A stretch of 64,000 nt of DNA, taken from Olleya sp. Bg11-27. Its GTDB lineage: Bacteria > Bacteroidota > Bacteroidia > Flavobacteriales > Flavobacteriaceae. This document shows, in pieces, positions 1-9,931 of this stretch. A program made the position numbers and the translations under genes. The stretch is from the NCBI RefSeq assembly GCF_002831645.1, contig NZ_CP025117.1, positions 563,514 through 627,513 of the forward strand, in the 5' to 3' direction. Within the stretch, counting starts at the first letter, position 1, and each line of letters starts with the position of its first letter. The notes below the pieces were generated by a model, which did no database searches, was not told the DNA's origin, and was given only the letters and a program-made list of their open reading frames with translations.

Positions 1-420
1 AGAATCTTTTTGGATAGTATTATTAGAGACTACATCATAATAGAGTTTCATTTTTTTAATAGAATCTGAAACTTTAATAATATCACCTTGTAGTTGTATG
101 TTTTTAATCACAACATCACCACTTAGAGTTAGAGAGCTGCTAATACTATCATTTGTATAATCCTTTAATTGGGAGCTTATTGTTTCTGAAAATTCTGGAT
201 GCGTTTCTTTTAAGCTAATTAAATCATACAGCTCTTGTAATTTTTGAGAACTCAGTTCCTGATACTCAAAGGTGTTTAAATCAACAACATCCTTTTTACT
301 TAAAAGCGCTTCACTAGTAACAACCTCATCGGCCCTCATGCTTTCTGGACTAGCTTTTTCTCTACGGTTACTGCATGACACTACTAACAGAATACTAAAA
401 ACGTAAATTATTCTTCTCAT
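1..420 (-). CDS. Partial lipoprotein (N-terminal part; gene runs off window start)
   Basis: ATG at 420-418 on the minus strand. Translation MRRIIYVFSILLVVSCSNRREK has a signal peptide plus lipobox Cys. It overlaps the upstream gene stop in an ATGA junction. Not in the ORF track because it is truncated. Confidence 0.4.
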   Translation of the reverse strand, partial: MRRIIYVFSILLVVSCSNRREKASPESMRADEVVTSEALLSKKDVVDLNTFEYQELSSQKLQELYDLISLKETHPEFSETISSQLKDYTNDSISSSLTLSGDVVIKNIQLQGDIIKVSDSIKKMKLYYDVVSNNTIQKDS

Positions 421-1364
421 TTTACAATAAATTTTAGAGTTACAATCTTTCCGTTTTTAATCTCTTTAGCCAATATTTCTGTACGTTTTAAACTTTTAGT
501 AGGAATGGTAAGCATGCGTATAAATTCGTCTTTAGAATACAACTCTATATCCATGTTGTTTTTAAATAAGCGGTAAATCTTAGCTTCTTGAGCGATTAAC
601 ATATTCAACTTTTCAATATGTTGTTTCCAATCTTTTACATTGCCATTTGCGTAATAATGTATCATTAAAGCATAATCATCTGGCGCAACCTTTACTATTT
701 GATTCGCGTTAGAATTTATATGTCTTACAATCGTATCCGTTTTATGATATGGTGATTGCACCACAAACCGTATAACCTCTTGCGGTGTTTTAAATGAAAA
801 ACATCCTAGACTATCCGTTTTATAATAGATTGGAGATTGGTTGCCCTGCAATACAATAATATCTAAAGGAATAGAGGTGATATTTTCGTTTTTTATGGCA
901 TCAATAAAACAAAACTCAAACGTGTTTTCTGTTTTAAAATTATAGACAATACCAATTATAGGAAGCAATACTAATAGCCATAATTTTGAAACCTTTTTCT
1001 TTTGCTTAATATCTAGACCGTGTTCTATTGTTTTATGATTCGCCTTAAAAGTATTCCAATTGGTATGACCAACATAGTTACTTAATAAATTTAAGACATC
1101 TATTCTTGGTAACTTTTCTGAAGTGTTTTTTATATATGTATAAAACCATTTCTCGCTAACCTTACCTTTTACCTTATTAAATAAATCGTCCTGAAAAACA
1201 ACAATCTCTTCACCTTTCCAATCTTTAATAGGCGTAGATGTACTATTATTTTCCAAAAAAGCAGTTTCTACAGCGCTCTTAAGCAGATTAAAAAAGTGAT
1301 TTTCTTTAGATCTCAATTCAATATAACTTATTAAAAATAAACGCTTTAGGCTTTGTAAATCCAT
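417..1364 (-). CDS. Hypothetical protein, translationally coupled to downstream lipoprotein
   Basis: 315-aa ORF with no motif I recognise. Its stop overlaps the next start (ATGA at 417-420). Confidence 0.5.
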   Translation of the reverse strand: MDLQSLKRLFLISYIELRSKENHFFNLLKSAVETAFLENNSTSTPIKDWKGEEIVVFQDDLFNKVKGKVSEKWFYTYIKNTSEKLPRIDVLNLLSNYVGHTNWNTFKANHKTIEHGLDIKQKKKVSKLWLLVLLPIIGIVYNFKTENTFEFCFIDAIKNENITSIPLDIIVLQGNQSPIYYKTDSLGCFSFKTPQEVIRFVVQSPYHKTDTIVRHINSNANQIVKVAPDDYALMIHYYANGNVKDWKQHIEKLNMLIAQEAKIYRLFKNNMDIELYSKDEFIRMLTIPTKSLKRTEILAKEIKNGKIVTLKFIVK

Positions 1365-1449
1365 TTACAAGGGTTTTACAAGTCCTTTTCAAAAGATAAC
1401 AACCTACTGTTTATAGGTTTGCTTATATAATTCTTAAAAATATAAAATT

Positions 1450-2301
1450 ATGAAAGCAATGCTCTTAAAAAATAGATTTAAAATTTTAGTAATTACATTA
1501 TGTACATTTTGTTATGCGTGCAACAATAACTCGTATAAGGAATCTTTAACTACTGAAACAGTAGATATCTCTGATGATTTTCAAATAGCAGAATCAGACA
1601 AAACAGTTAACAGCTATAAAATAGATCAAAGTAACATTCCTTTAGATCTAAAAATTATTAAATCCGCAACTGCCCGTTATAAAGTAAAAAATGTAAAAGA
1701 AGCCACATCAAAAATTAAAGCTATTGCGCAAAAAAACGGAGCATATATTTCTGATTTAAGATTCCAGAATGATCTTTATAAAAAAGAGAATAGATTTACA
1801 ATAAAAGTCCCTCAAAAATACTTTGATACCGTCATGGATTCCGTCAATATCATTGTTGATTTTGTCGAATATGAAAACATCACCACTAAAGATGTTACAG
1901 AGGAATATATTGACATAGAAACACGATTAAAAACTAAAATTGAAGTTAAGACACGTTACGAAACTATTTTACGCAAAAATGCCAAAACAGTTGAAGATAT
2001 TTTAAAGACAGAAGATAAGCTACGCATTATACAAGAAGAAATAGAAGCTGCTCAAGGACGCTTAAAGTACCTAACTAACAAAGTGGCTTTTAGTACCATT
2101 CAAATAGATTTATACGAATCTGTAGATTATAAAGAAACGCCAGAAAGTTACACTAAAACATTTTGGAACAGCGCCAAAGAAGGCCTCTTTAATGGCTGGT
2201 ATTTTATTGAATCTTTTATAATTATCCTTATCAACATTTGGCCTTTATTACTTATCGGAATCATTTCCTTTTTTATAGTCAAGAAACGTTTCAAAAAATA
2301 A
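1450..2301 (+). CDS. DUF4349-like lipoprotein
   Basis: N-terminal signal peptide with Cys (LCTFCYACNNN), central coiled-coil-like region and a C-terminal hydrophobic helix (IIILINIWPLLLIGIISFFIV). Confidence 0.5.
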   Translation: MKAMLLKNRFKILVITLCTFCYACNNNSYKESLTTETVDISDDFQIAESDKTVNSYKIDQSNIPLDLKIIKSATARYKVKNVKEATSKIKAIAQKNGAYISDLRFQNDLYKKENRFTIKVPQKYFDTVMDSVNIIVDFVEYENITTKDVTEEYIDIETRLKTKIEVKTRYETILRKNAKTVEDILKTEDKLRIIQEEIEAAQGRLKYLTNKVAFSTIQIDLYESVDYKETPESYTKTFWNSAKEGLFNGWYFIESFIIILINIWPLLLIGIISFFIVKKRFKK

Positions 2302-2345
2302 GATAAAACGATAGCCAAAACCTTACTAGAGATAGTGAGGTTTTT

Positions 2346-2918
2346 TTATTTTAAAATTTGCTTTACAACCTTCTGCAATTCTGGCACGATAGACAATTCA
2401 AACCAAGGGTTTTTACTTCGCCAAAAACGATTGGTAGGTGATGGATGTGGCACAGGAAAGTACTTTGGTAAGTAGGTTTTATAGTCGCCAACGGTTTCTG
2501 TCAACGTGCGTTTTGCTCTATCTTTTAAATAATACTTTTGCGCATAGGCACCGATAAGTATCACCAACTCCACTTTTGGCATCTGTTTAAGCAGTACATC
2601 ATGCCATTCTGGAGCACATTCTTTTCTTGGTGGTAAATCGCCTGTTTTACCTTTGCCAGGATAACAAAATCCCATAGGCATAATGGCAAAATTTTTAGTG
2701 TCATAAAAATTAGCATCGCTTACCCCTAACCATTGCCTTAGCTTTTTACCGCTTTGATCGTCCCAAGGGATCCCTGAATTATGCACTTTAGTCCCTGGCG
2801 CTTGACCAATGATTATAATTTTAGAGTCTACATGAGCTGTTACCACTGGACGTGGACCTAATGGCAAGTGAGCTTTACAAATAGTACATTGCGATATGTT
2901 ATCTAGAAGCTTCTCCAC
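2346..2918 (-). CDS. Uracil-DNA glycosylase superfamily protein
   Basis: Motifs LPLGPRPV, IIIGQAPG, GIPWDD and HPSP are typical of UDG-fold family 4/5-like enzymes. Confidence 0.7.
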   Translation of the reverse strand: MEKLLDNISQCTICKAHLPLGPRPVVTAHVDSKIIIIGQAPGTKVHNSGIPWDDQSGKKLRQWLGVSDANFYDTKNFAIMPMGFCYPGKGKTGDLPPRKECAPEWHDVLLKQMPKVELVILIGAYAQKYYLKDRAKRTLTETVGDYKTYLPKYFPVPHPSPTNRFWRSKNPWFELSIVPELQKVVKQILK

Positions 2919-2934
2919 TAATTATTACAGAACT

Positions 2935-3279
2935 TTATTTTCTGGTTAATGGGCTTTGATTAAAATGTAACCCTTCAAAACCTGTTATCATAAAGTTTCT
3001 GATATTTTGATGACCTGTTCCGTTGGGATCGTTTAAAACCTCATCAAAATAATACTGCCCAAAACAGGCCAAGGTTTCGGTTTTAGATAAAGCTTCTGTT
3101 TTTGCAAAAGCAAACACTTTACATGATCCCGAATTTTCTCCTTCAGCATTTTGCACCAAACCATTTGTAAAAGCTGTTGGTGTAAAATCAAAATACGTAT
3201 CCACTACTTGCATCGTTTCCGCGAAAGCGATTGTATTTGGTGTGTTTTTTAATTTGAATTTAAACGCTGTTATAGTCAT
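2935..3279 (-). CDS. HopJ-like type III effector family protein (small, cytoplasmic)
   Basis: 114 aa. Motifs FAETMQVVDTYFDFTPTAFTNG and FGQYYFDEVL resemble the HopJ1/HopPmaJ family, recalled from memory. Confidence 0.45.
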   Translation of the reverse strand: MTITAFKFKLKNTPNTIAFAETMQVVDTYFDFTPTAFTNGLVQNAEGENSGSCKVFAFAKTEALSKTETLACFGQYYFDEVLNDPNGTGHQNIRNFMITGFEGLHFNQSPLTRK

Positions 3280-3293
3280 CGTTATGCTTTAAT

Positions 3294-3968
3294 CTATTTA
3301 CTTTTTCCACCTACCACAATTACAATTTCCCCTTTAGGTGGCTTATTAGTGTAATGTTCTAAAACCTCTTTTGTGGTTCCACGAATCGTTTCCTCGTATA
3401 ATTTAGTTAATTCTCTAGAAACAGAGACGGGTCTATCTTCTCCAAGATACTCGCAGAAATGACCTAAGGTTTTGATTAACTTATGCGGGCTTTCGTAAAA
3501 GATGATGGTTCTAGTCTCTTCAGCTAATAATTTTAATCTTGTTTGACGCCCTTTCTTTACTGGTAAAAAGCCTTCAAAAATAAACTTATCATTTGGAAAA
3601 CCACTATTTACTAATGCGGGTACAAACGCAGTTGCTCCCGGAAGGCAATCTACTTCAATACCATGTTCTATACACGCTCTAGTTAATAAAAATCCTGGAT
3701 CAGAAATAGCTGGCGTACCCGCATCACTTATTAGAGCAATGCTTACTCCTGCTTTCAATTTTTGTACCAAATTATCCACCGTTTTATGCTCATTATGCAT
3801 ATGGTGGCTTTGCATTTGCGTACCGATCTCGTAATGTTTTAATAATTTCCCTGAGGTACGTGTATCTTCTGCTAAAATTAAATCGACGTCCTTTAAAACT
3901 TCAATAGCTCTAAATGTCATGTCTTTAAGGTTTCCAATTGGTGTTGGAACTATGTATAATTTACTCAT
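3294..3968 (-). CDS. rsmI: 16S rRNA (cytidine1402-2'-O)-methyltransferase
   Basis: LYIVPTPIGNLKDMTFRAIEVL, LAEDTR, DAGTPAISDPG and IPGATA are hallmarks of the tetrapyrrole-methylase-fold RsmI. Confidence 0.9.
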   Translation of the reverse strand: MSKLYIVPTPIGNLKDMTFRAIEVLKDVDLILAEDTRTSGKLLKHYEIGTQMQSHHMHNEHKTVDNLVQKLKAGVSIALISDAGTPAISDPGFLLTRACIEHGIEVDCLPGATAFVPALVNSGFPNDKFIFEGFLPVKKGRQTRLKLLAEETRTIIFYESPHKLIKTLGHFCEYLGEDRPVSVSRELTKLYEETIRGTTKEVLEHYTNKPPKGEIVIVVGGKSK

Positions 3969-4072
3969 TTTTCTATCAATTAGAACCCAAGTTTAAAATC
4001 TTTTAAATTAGTTTAAGCTCTATTATTACGTTACAAATTTACAATTGCTATACACTTAAAAGCCCCTTATAA

Positions 4073-4456
4073 TTAAATAACTAATTTATTTTTTTGACGC
4101 ACATCTTTACCTAAAAAGTAAGAGATTAATACTAAAAAAACAGCATAAAAGGATAAGCCAAAAAGGCCTTGACCAGCATTATAGTGAGCAACCGTAGCTA
4201 GTATGACATCAAAGAAGAAACCTGCATAAGCCCATTCTGTCAACCAAGTGCTTTTACGCCATAAAATCATGACCACTCCAAGCACTTTTATAATAGCCAA
4301 AGGAATAACGATATAACTAGGGTAACTTAAGCTTTTAAAATAGCCTTGTGCCATTTCAGTATTAAAAAAATACATTTGCGCAGAATACAAAAATATAGCG
4401 CAAACCAAAATAGTTGTAATCCAATATAATATGTTCTTTATAGATGTTTGTTTCAT
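4073..4456 (-). CDS. DoxX-family membrane protein
   Basis: 127 aa with four predicted TM helices and a DoxX-like pattern. Confidence 0.5.
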   Translation of the reverse strand: MKQTSIKNILYWITTILVCAIFLYSAQMYFFNTEMAQGYFKSLSYPSYIVIPLAIIKVLGVVMILWRKSTWLTEWAYAGFFFDVILATVAHYNAGQGLFGLSFYAVFLVLISYFLGKDVRQKNKLVI

Positions 4457-4507
4457 GTCATTATTTTAACGTTGTACAATTATTTAAAGTAGATAGTATT
4501 ATTTAAG

Positions 4508-5239
4508 CTACTCAAATCTCGCTCCAATAATTTCCATAAAACGGATTTCATACTCTTCTTTTCCTTCCCAATTACTATACTCAGGTTTCACAACATTTTT
4601 AATTAAATTAGTTGCTTCCGCTAACGAAGACGATGTATTTAATTGTGACAACACTCTATTATAATCATCAGCCTCTCCACCAAACAACTGTTTAATAAAT
4701 GCTAACTTATCATTAAGTCCAATATTTAATCCCGATTTTAATTTATCATTCAAACTTTTTTTCTCATTAGCTTCTGACATTGACACAGGTTCAAAAACAG
4801 GAATATCATCAAATCCAGCCGTTATGTTTTCAAAATCATTTTTACTATAGTCTTGCTCAGGAATAACAGAAGCAATCAACTCATCTACTTGATGTGTTTC
4901 ATCCGGCATTTGAGCAACTATATCCTTGATTTTCTCCATTAACGGTTCCATAATACCGTCATCCTCATCATCATCAAGATTAATATACGTTTTATTATCT
5001 ACTTCAATATTATCACTTACTTTATTATTAAAAGCAGAGTCTAACATATCAAAAAATGAAGAGTCATTACCTATGGTTGGCAAAGCATCGTCCAAATTTT
5101 CGCTTGCAAACTTTAAAACCGTTAGCTTTTCATACAAAGCAGCAACTTCTGCATGCATTTGGTTAACATCCTCTTTACCACCTAGCTTTAGAATCCTATG
5201 GGCTATACTCATTAATTCTGATTCTAATTTCTTCTTCAT
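4508..5239 (-). CDS. Hypothetical acidic protein
   Basis: 243 aa, Asp/Glu-rich, no recognisable catalytic motif. Confidence 0.5.
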   Translation of the reverse strand: MKKKLESELMSIAHRILKLGGKEDVNQMHAEVAALYEKLTVLKFASENLDDALPTIGNDSSFFDMLDSAFNNKVSDNIEVDNKTYINLDDDEDDGIMEPLMEKIKDIVAQMPDETHQVDELIASVIPEQDYSKNDFENITAGFDDIPVFEPVSMSEANEKKSLNDKLKSGLNIGLNDKLAFIKQLFGGEADDYNRVLSQLNTSSSLAEATNLIKNVVKPEYSNWEGKEEYEIRFMEIIGARFE

Positions 5240-5359
5240 GGTTTTATTTTTTTTTATAATTTTTGAATTTATTGCAAGTTAGCCTTTTGATTTTTAATAA
5301 ATTTGACCCACCTTTATATAAAACGTAAACACATTACGTTTTAGCGCTAAATTTACAAA

Positions 5360-6010
5360 ATGTTTCTCGAAAATACAGTAAATCAAAAAGAACAATTTGG
5401 ATGGATTGAAGTCATCTGTGGATCAATGTTTTCTGGTAAAACAGAAGAGCTAATCCGCAGGCTTAAACGTGCCCAATTTGCTAAACAAAAAGTTGAAATC
5501 TTTAAACCAGCTATTGACACACGTTATGACGAAGAGATGGTTGTCTCTCACGATTCTAACGAAATCAGATCGACTCCCGTACCCGCAGCTGCAAATATTC
5601 CAATATTAGCAGACGGCTGTGATGTGGTTGGTATTGACGAAGCACAATTTTTTGATGATGAGATTGTCAGAGTTTGTAACGACTTAGCAAACAAAGGTAT
5701 TCGTGTTATTGTTGCTGGATTAGATATGGACTTTAAAGGAAACCCTTTTGGGCCAATGCCTAATCTAATGGCGACTGCCGAGTATGTCACAAAAGTACAT
5801 GCAGTATGCACCAGAACAGGAAATCTGGCGCAATATAGTTTCAGAAAATCTGCAAATGATAATCTTGTATTATTGGGTGAAACAGAAGAATATGAGCCAT
5901 TAAGCAGAGCTGCATATTACAAAGCTACCCTACGCGAAAAAATCAAAGACATTAAAGTACAGGATGCCGAAGAAGTTGATCAAAAACTGAATACAAGCAA
6001 TGATCAATAA
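5360..6010 (+). CDS. tdk: Thymidine kinase
   Basis: P-loop [24 protein letters not shown] and the C-terminal Zn-ribbon region. Length is typical at 216 aa. Confidence 0.9.
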   Translation: MFLENTVNQKEQFGWIEVICGSMFSGKTEELIRRLKRAQFAKQKVEIFKPAIDTRYDEEMVVSHDSNEIRSTPVPAAANIPILADGCDVVGIDEAQFFDDEIVRVCNDLANKGIRVIVAGLDMDFKGNPFGPMPNLMATAEYVTKVHAVCTRTGNLAQYSFRKSANDNLVLLGETEEYEPLSRAAYYKATLREKIKDIKVQDAEEVDQKLNTSNDQ

Positions 6011-7109
6011 GGCTCAAGAAACCGTTTTAGAAATAGATTTAAATGCCCTAAAACATAATTTTGAGTATTTAAAATCTAAACTCTCCGAAAATACAAAATT
6101 TCTAGCTGTCGTAAAAGCATTTGCTTACGGTAGTGATGCTGAAGAAGTTGCAAAATATCTTGAAACATTAGATATAGATTACTTTGCAGTCGCTTATACT
6201 TATGAGGGGGTTGCACTGCGTGATGCAGGTGTAACCACTCCTATTTTAGTATTGCACCCACTACCCGTTAGTTTTGATACAATTATAGAACGTTGCTTGG
6301 AGCCAAGTTTATACTCCAAGCGTCTACTAAATCTTTTTATCGCTTGCGCTGAAACACATAAGCAACACAACTACCCTGTTCATTTAAAATTTAATACAGG
6401 CCTAAATAGACTAGGTTTTGTAGAAGAAGATATTCCTGAAATTGCAGAAACACTATCTAAATCCGAAGCCCTAAAAGTACAAAGTCTGTTTTCTCACTTA
6501 GCAGAAAGCGAAGAACTGGAACATCCGGATTTCACCTTAAAGCAAATAGAATGCTTCAATACGATTTATAAAAAAGTATATACTTACTTAGACTACAAAC
6601 CAGTCCTTCATTTATGTAATACCTCCGGATTATTAAATTATCCTGAAGCACATTTTGATATGGTCAGAAGCGGTATAGGGTTATACGGTTTTGGAAACGA
6701 CCCAGAATTTAATAAACACCTACAACCAATAGCCTCTCTAAAAACTATTATCTCTCAAATTCATTATTTAAAAAAAGGAGAGAGCTTAGGATACAATAGA
6801 GGTTACATTACTAAAAAAGACACCATAACAGCGACATTACCAATTGGTCATGCTGATGGTATTAAAAGGCAATATGGCAATGGTCATGGCTTTGTAACCA
6901 TAAACAACCAAAAAGCGTACATACTAGGAAACGTTTGTATGGACATGATTATGGTAGACGTCACCAATATTGACTGTCAAGAAGGTGATGAAGTCATTAT
7001 TTTTGACCCAAATCATACCGCAGAGGCTTTAGCTGAAAATGTAAACTCTATCTCATACGAGTTGTTGACCGCTGTATCTCAACGGATAAAACGTGTAATT
7101 TATCGATAA
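6000..7109 (+). CDS. alr: Alanine racemase
   Basis: PLP-lysine motif [11 protein letters not shown] near the N-terminus, with an Alr C-terminal barrel. Overlaps the tdk stop. Confidence 0.9.
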   Translation: MINKAQETVLEIDLNALKHNFEYLKSKLSENTKFLAVVKAFAYGSDAEEVAKYLETLDIDYFAVAYTYEGVALRDAGVTTPILVLHPLPVSFDTIIERCLEPSLYSKRLLNLFIACAETHKQHNYPVHLKFNTGLNRLGFVEEDIPEIAETLSKSEALKVQSLFSHLAESEELEHPDFTLKQIECFNTIYKKVYTYLDYKPVLHLCNTSGLLNYPEAHFDMVRSGIGLYGFGNDPEFNKHLQPIASLKTIISQIHYLKKGESLGYNRGYITKKDTITATLPIGHADGIKRQYGNGHGFVTINNQKAYILGNVCMDMIMVDVTNIDCQEGDEVIIFDPNHTAEALAENVNSISYELLTAVSQRIKRVIYR

Positions 7110-7205
7110 TCTAATACTCGTTAGTCCTTATTTTTCTGTTTTTTGTTAAAATTTTAACTAAATTAGAGGTAATTAATATTAACTAACATTTAAAATAGAT
7201 AGATT

Positions 7206-7610
7206 ATGCTTAAAGAATTTAAGAATTTTATTATGACAGGTAACGTAATTGATTTTGCAGTTGCTGTAATTATGGCCGGAGCTCTTGGAGCAGTTATAAA
7301 CGGTTTCGTTTCTAAAATAGCTATGCCTCTTATAGGTTTAGTTACTGGAGGAGCAAGTTTCTCTGACCAGTTTTGGACTCCTGGAGATCAAGTATTTGCT
7401 ACTGTTGCTGCCGCTAAGGAAGCAGGTGTTGCTGCTGTAGAATATGGTGCGTGGATTGATACAATCATAAGCTTACTTGTTGTTGGTTTTGTAATGTTCT
7501 TAATTGTTAAAGCATATAACAAAACTAAAAAACCAGTTGAGGCTGCTGCACCTGCAGGACCTTCTGATAACCAATTACTAATGGAAATCAGAGACGCTTT
7601 AAAAAAGTAA
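7206..7610 (+). CDS. mscL: Large-conductance mechanosensitive channel
   Basis: EFKNFIMTGNVIDFAVAVIMAGALGAVINGFVSKIAMPLIG matches the MscL TM1 signature. Length 134 aa. Confidence 0.9.
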   Translation: MLKEFKNFIMTGNVIDFAVAVIMAGALGAVINGFVSKIAMPLIGLVTGGASFSDQFWTPGDQVFATVAAAKEAGVAAVEYGAWIDTIISLLVVGFVMFLIVKAYNKTKKPVEAAAPAGPSDNQLLMEIRDALKK

Positions 7611-7632
7611 TCTAAATTCTGTTATTATCATC

Positions 7633-7667
7633 AAAAACCGATTTTAAATTTAAAATCGGTTTTTTTA
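7633..7667 (+). terminator. Rho-independent terminator after mscL
   Basis: aaaaccgatttt-aaattt-aaaatcggtttt hairpin followed by a T-run. Confidence 0.7.
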
Positions 7668-7758
7668 TGCCAAATTTTTACGAAAAAATTAATACTTTTT
7701 ATATTAGTTCTTTACTCAAATACGCTAATTTTATCACTTAATTTAATTTGTATTTAAA

Positions 7759-8748
7759 ATGAAAATAGCTTTAGTTGGAGCAACCGGAATGGTTGGAGAA
7801 GTCATGCGTAAAGTATTAGAAGAAAGACAATTTCCTATTTCAGAATTTATTCCTGTAGCATCAGAACGCTCTGTAGGTAAATCAATCTCATTTAACGGTA
7901 AAGATTACACCATTGTAAGCTTACAAGATGCTGTAAATTCAAAACCGGATATTGCGTTATTTTCCGCTGGAGGAAACACCTCATTAGAATGGGCTCCTAA
8001 ATTTGCAGAAGTTGGCACCACTGTTATCGACAATTCTTCTGCATGGAGAATGGATCAAAACAAAAAATTAGTCGTGCCAGAAATTAATGCAGACCAATTA
8101 ACCAAAGACGATAAAATTATAGCTAACCCAAATTGCTCTACCATCCAAATGGTAATGTGTCTGGCACCGCTTCATAAAAAATACAAAATCAAACGTATTG
8201 TAGTATCCACCTATCAATCTATTTCTGGAACGGGCGTAAAAGCTGTACAACAACTAGAAAATGAGTTAGCTGGAATTAAAGGAGAAATGGCGTATCCTTA
8301 TCCAATATTTAAAAATGCAATTCCACATTGCGATGTCTTTGAGGACAACGGTTACACAAAAGAAGAATTAAAATTAGTTAACGAAACTCAAAAAATATTA
8401 AATGACAAAACAATAGCTGTAACTGCAACCGCTGTAAGAATACCGACTGCCGGAGGGCATAGCGAATCTGTAAATATTGCTTTTGAAAATGACTTTGATC
8501 TAGCAGAAGTAAGACAATTACTAAGTCAAACAGAAGGGGTTATTGTCCAAGACAATACAGATGTTAACACCTACCCAATGCCTTTATATGCTAATGGCAA
8601 AGATGACGTTTTTGTTGGTCGTATAAGACGTGATTTATCTCAAGCAAATTCTATTAACATGTGGATCGTTAGTGATAATTTACGTAAAGGAGCAGCTACA
8701 AATACAGTACAAATAGCAGAATATTTAGTCAAAAACAAATTAGTTTAA
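7759..8748 (+). CDS. asd: Aspartate-semialdehyde dehydrogenase
   Basis: IALVGATGMVG Rossmann motif. NPNCSTIQMVMCLAPL carries the active-site Cys. Length 329 aa. Confidence 0.9.
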   Translation: MKIALVGATGMVGEVMRKVLEERQFPISEFIPVASERSVGKSISFNGKDYTIVSLQDAVNSKPDIALFSAGGNTSLEWAPKFAEVGTTVIDNSSAWRMDQNKKLVVPEINADQLTKDDKIIANPNCSTIQMVMCLAPLHKKYKIKRIVVSTYQSISGTGVKAVQQLENELAGIKGEMAYPYPIFKNAIPHCDVFEDNGYTKEELKLVNETQKILNDKTIAVTATAVRIPTAGGHSESVNIAFENDFDLAEVRQLLSQTEGVIVQDNTDVNTYPMPLYANGKDDVFVGRIRRDLSQANSINMWIVSDNLRKGAATNTVQIAEYLVKNKLV

Positions 8749-8828
8749 CCCTAATTAGCTTAAATTTAACGATTTAGACGACATGTAAGATAATTAATTT
8801 CTATATTAGTAACCATATACATTATTAT

Positions 8829-9920
8829 ATGGTAAAAAATTACGCTGTCTTATTATTAGTTGTTTTCACTATTTTGACTCAATCCGCTTGCTCATCAGAT
8901 GAAAACTATGTTCCAAACAATCAAACGCAACAGGAATCTCCTGCTGTCTTTAACCCGGAAGCGACACCATTTAACACACTCTCTGAATTCCATTTTTTTG
9001 ATGGAAATCTCAAAGATTTAACACCTACTATTGGTGTTCTTCCTTACGAGCCTATCAATTCTCTTTTTACAGATTACGCACATAAAAAACGCTTTGTCTG
9101 GATGCCTAAAAACACATCTGCAGATTATGCTAATGACTATTCTCTCTTAAACTTCCCTATTGGTACAGTGCTAATCAAAAATTTTTATTACGAAAATGTA
9201 CTCCCTAACAATACAACAAAAATCATTGAAACGCGGCTAATCTACAATACATCTACAGGTTGGGAATTCGCGAATTACACATGGAACGAAGACCAAACGG
9301 AAGCTTATTTTGATTTAACTGGTAGCTATACTAATATTGATTTTATTGACAACGGGCAAACCAAGAGCACAACATACAGGATTCCATCCACAGCGGAATG
9401 CTTTACGTGTCATAAATCCGGAGTTAACGCCATACCAATAGGATTAAAACCACAAAATCTAAATAAAAGCATTTCGTATTCTGACGGCATAAAAAATCAG
9501 TTTCAAAAATGGATAGAAATGGGCTATCTAGAAGACAACCTTCCAATTAATATAAATACCGTCTCTAATTGGGAAGACCAAAACAACTCACTTTCAAACA
9601 GAATGCGAGGCTATTTGGATATAAACTGCGCACATTGTCACAGTCAAGATAGGCATTGCGATTACAGACCTATACGTTTTGCTTTTGGTGATTATCAAGA
9701 TGACGTAAGCCTTGGTGTTTGCGTAGATCCAGACACACCTATTGCTCCCTATTCTAAAATCGTAGAACCAGGAAATATTGCACGTTCGATAATTCACTTT
9801 AGACTAAATACCACACAAGAAGAATACAGAATGCCTTTATTAGGCAGGACATTAATACATGAAGAAGGCGTTGCTCTTTTAGAACAATGGATAGCTTCAC
9901 TAACAACCGTATGCGACTAA
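8829..9920 (+). CDS. Putative di-haem c-type cytochrome-like lipoprotein
   Basis: Signal peptide plus Cys (TQSACSSD). Two CxxCH haem-binding motifs: AECFTCH and NCAHCHSQD. Confidence 0.5.
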   Translation: MVKNYAVLLLVVFTILTQSACSSDENYVPNNQTQQESPAVFNPEATPFNTLSEFHFFDGNLKDLTPTIGVLPYEPINSLFTDYAHKKRFVWMPKNTSADYANDYSLLNFPIGTVLIKNFYYENVLPNNTTKIIETRLIYNTSTGWEFANYTWNEDQTEAYFDLTGSYTNIDFIDNGQTKSTTYRIPSTAECFTCHKSGVNAIPIGLKPQNLNKSISYSDGIKNQFQKWIEMGYLEDNLPININTVSNWEDQNNSLSNRMRGYLDINCAHCHSQDRHCDYRPIRFAFGDYQDDVSLGVCVDPDTPIAPYSKIVEPGNIARSIIHFRLNTTQEEYRMPLLGRTLIHEEGVALLEQWIASLTTVCD

Positions 9921-9931
9921 ACTAATCAACC

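Noticed and set aside
4926-5282. 118-aa ORF on the plus strand
   Set aside because: Low-complexity Ser/Leu-rich translation lying entirely antisense to the 4508-5239 gene. A typical shadow ORF.
5548-5811. 87-aa minus-strand ORF
   Set aside because: Lies inside the well-supported thymidine kinase gene on the opposite strand.
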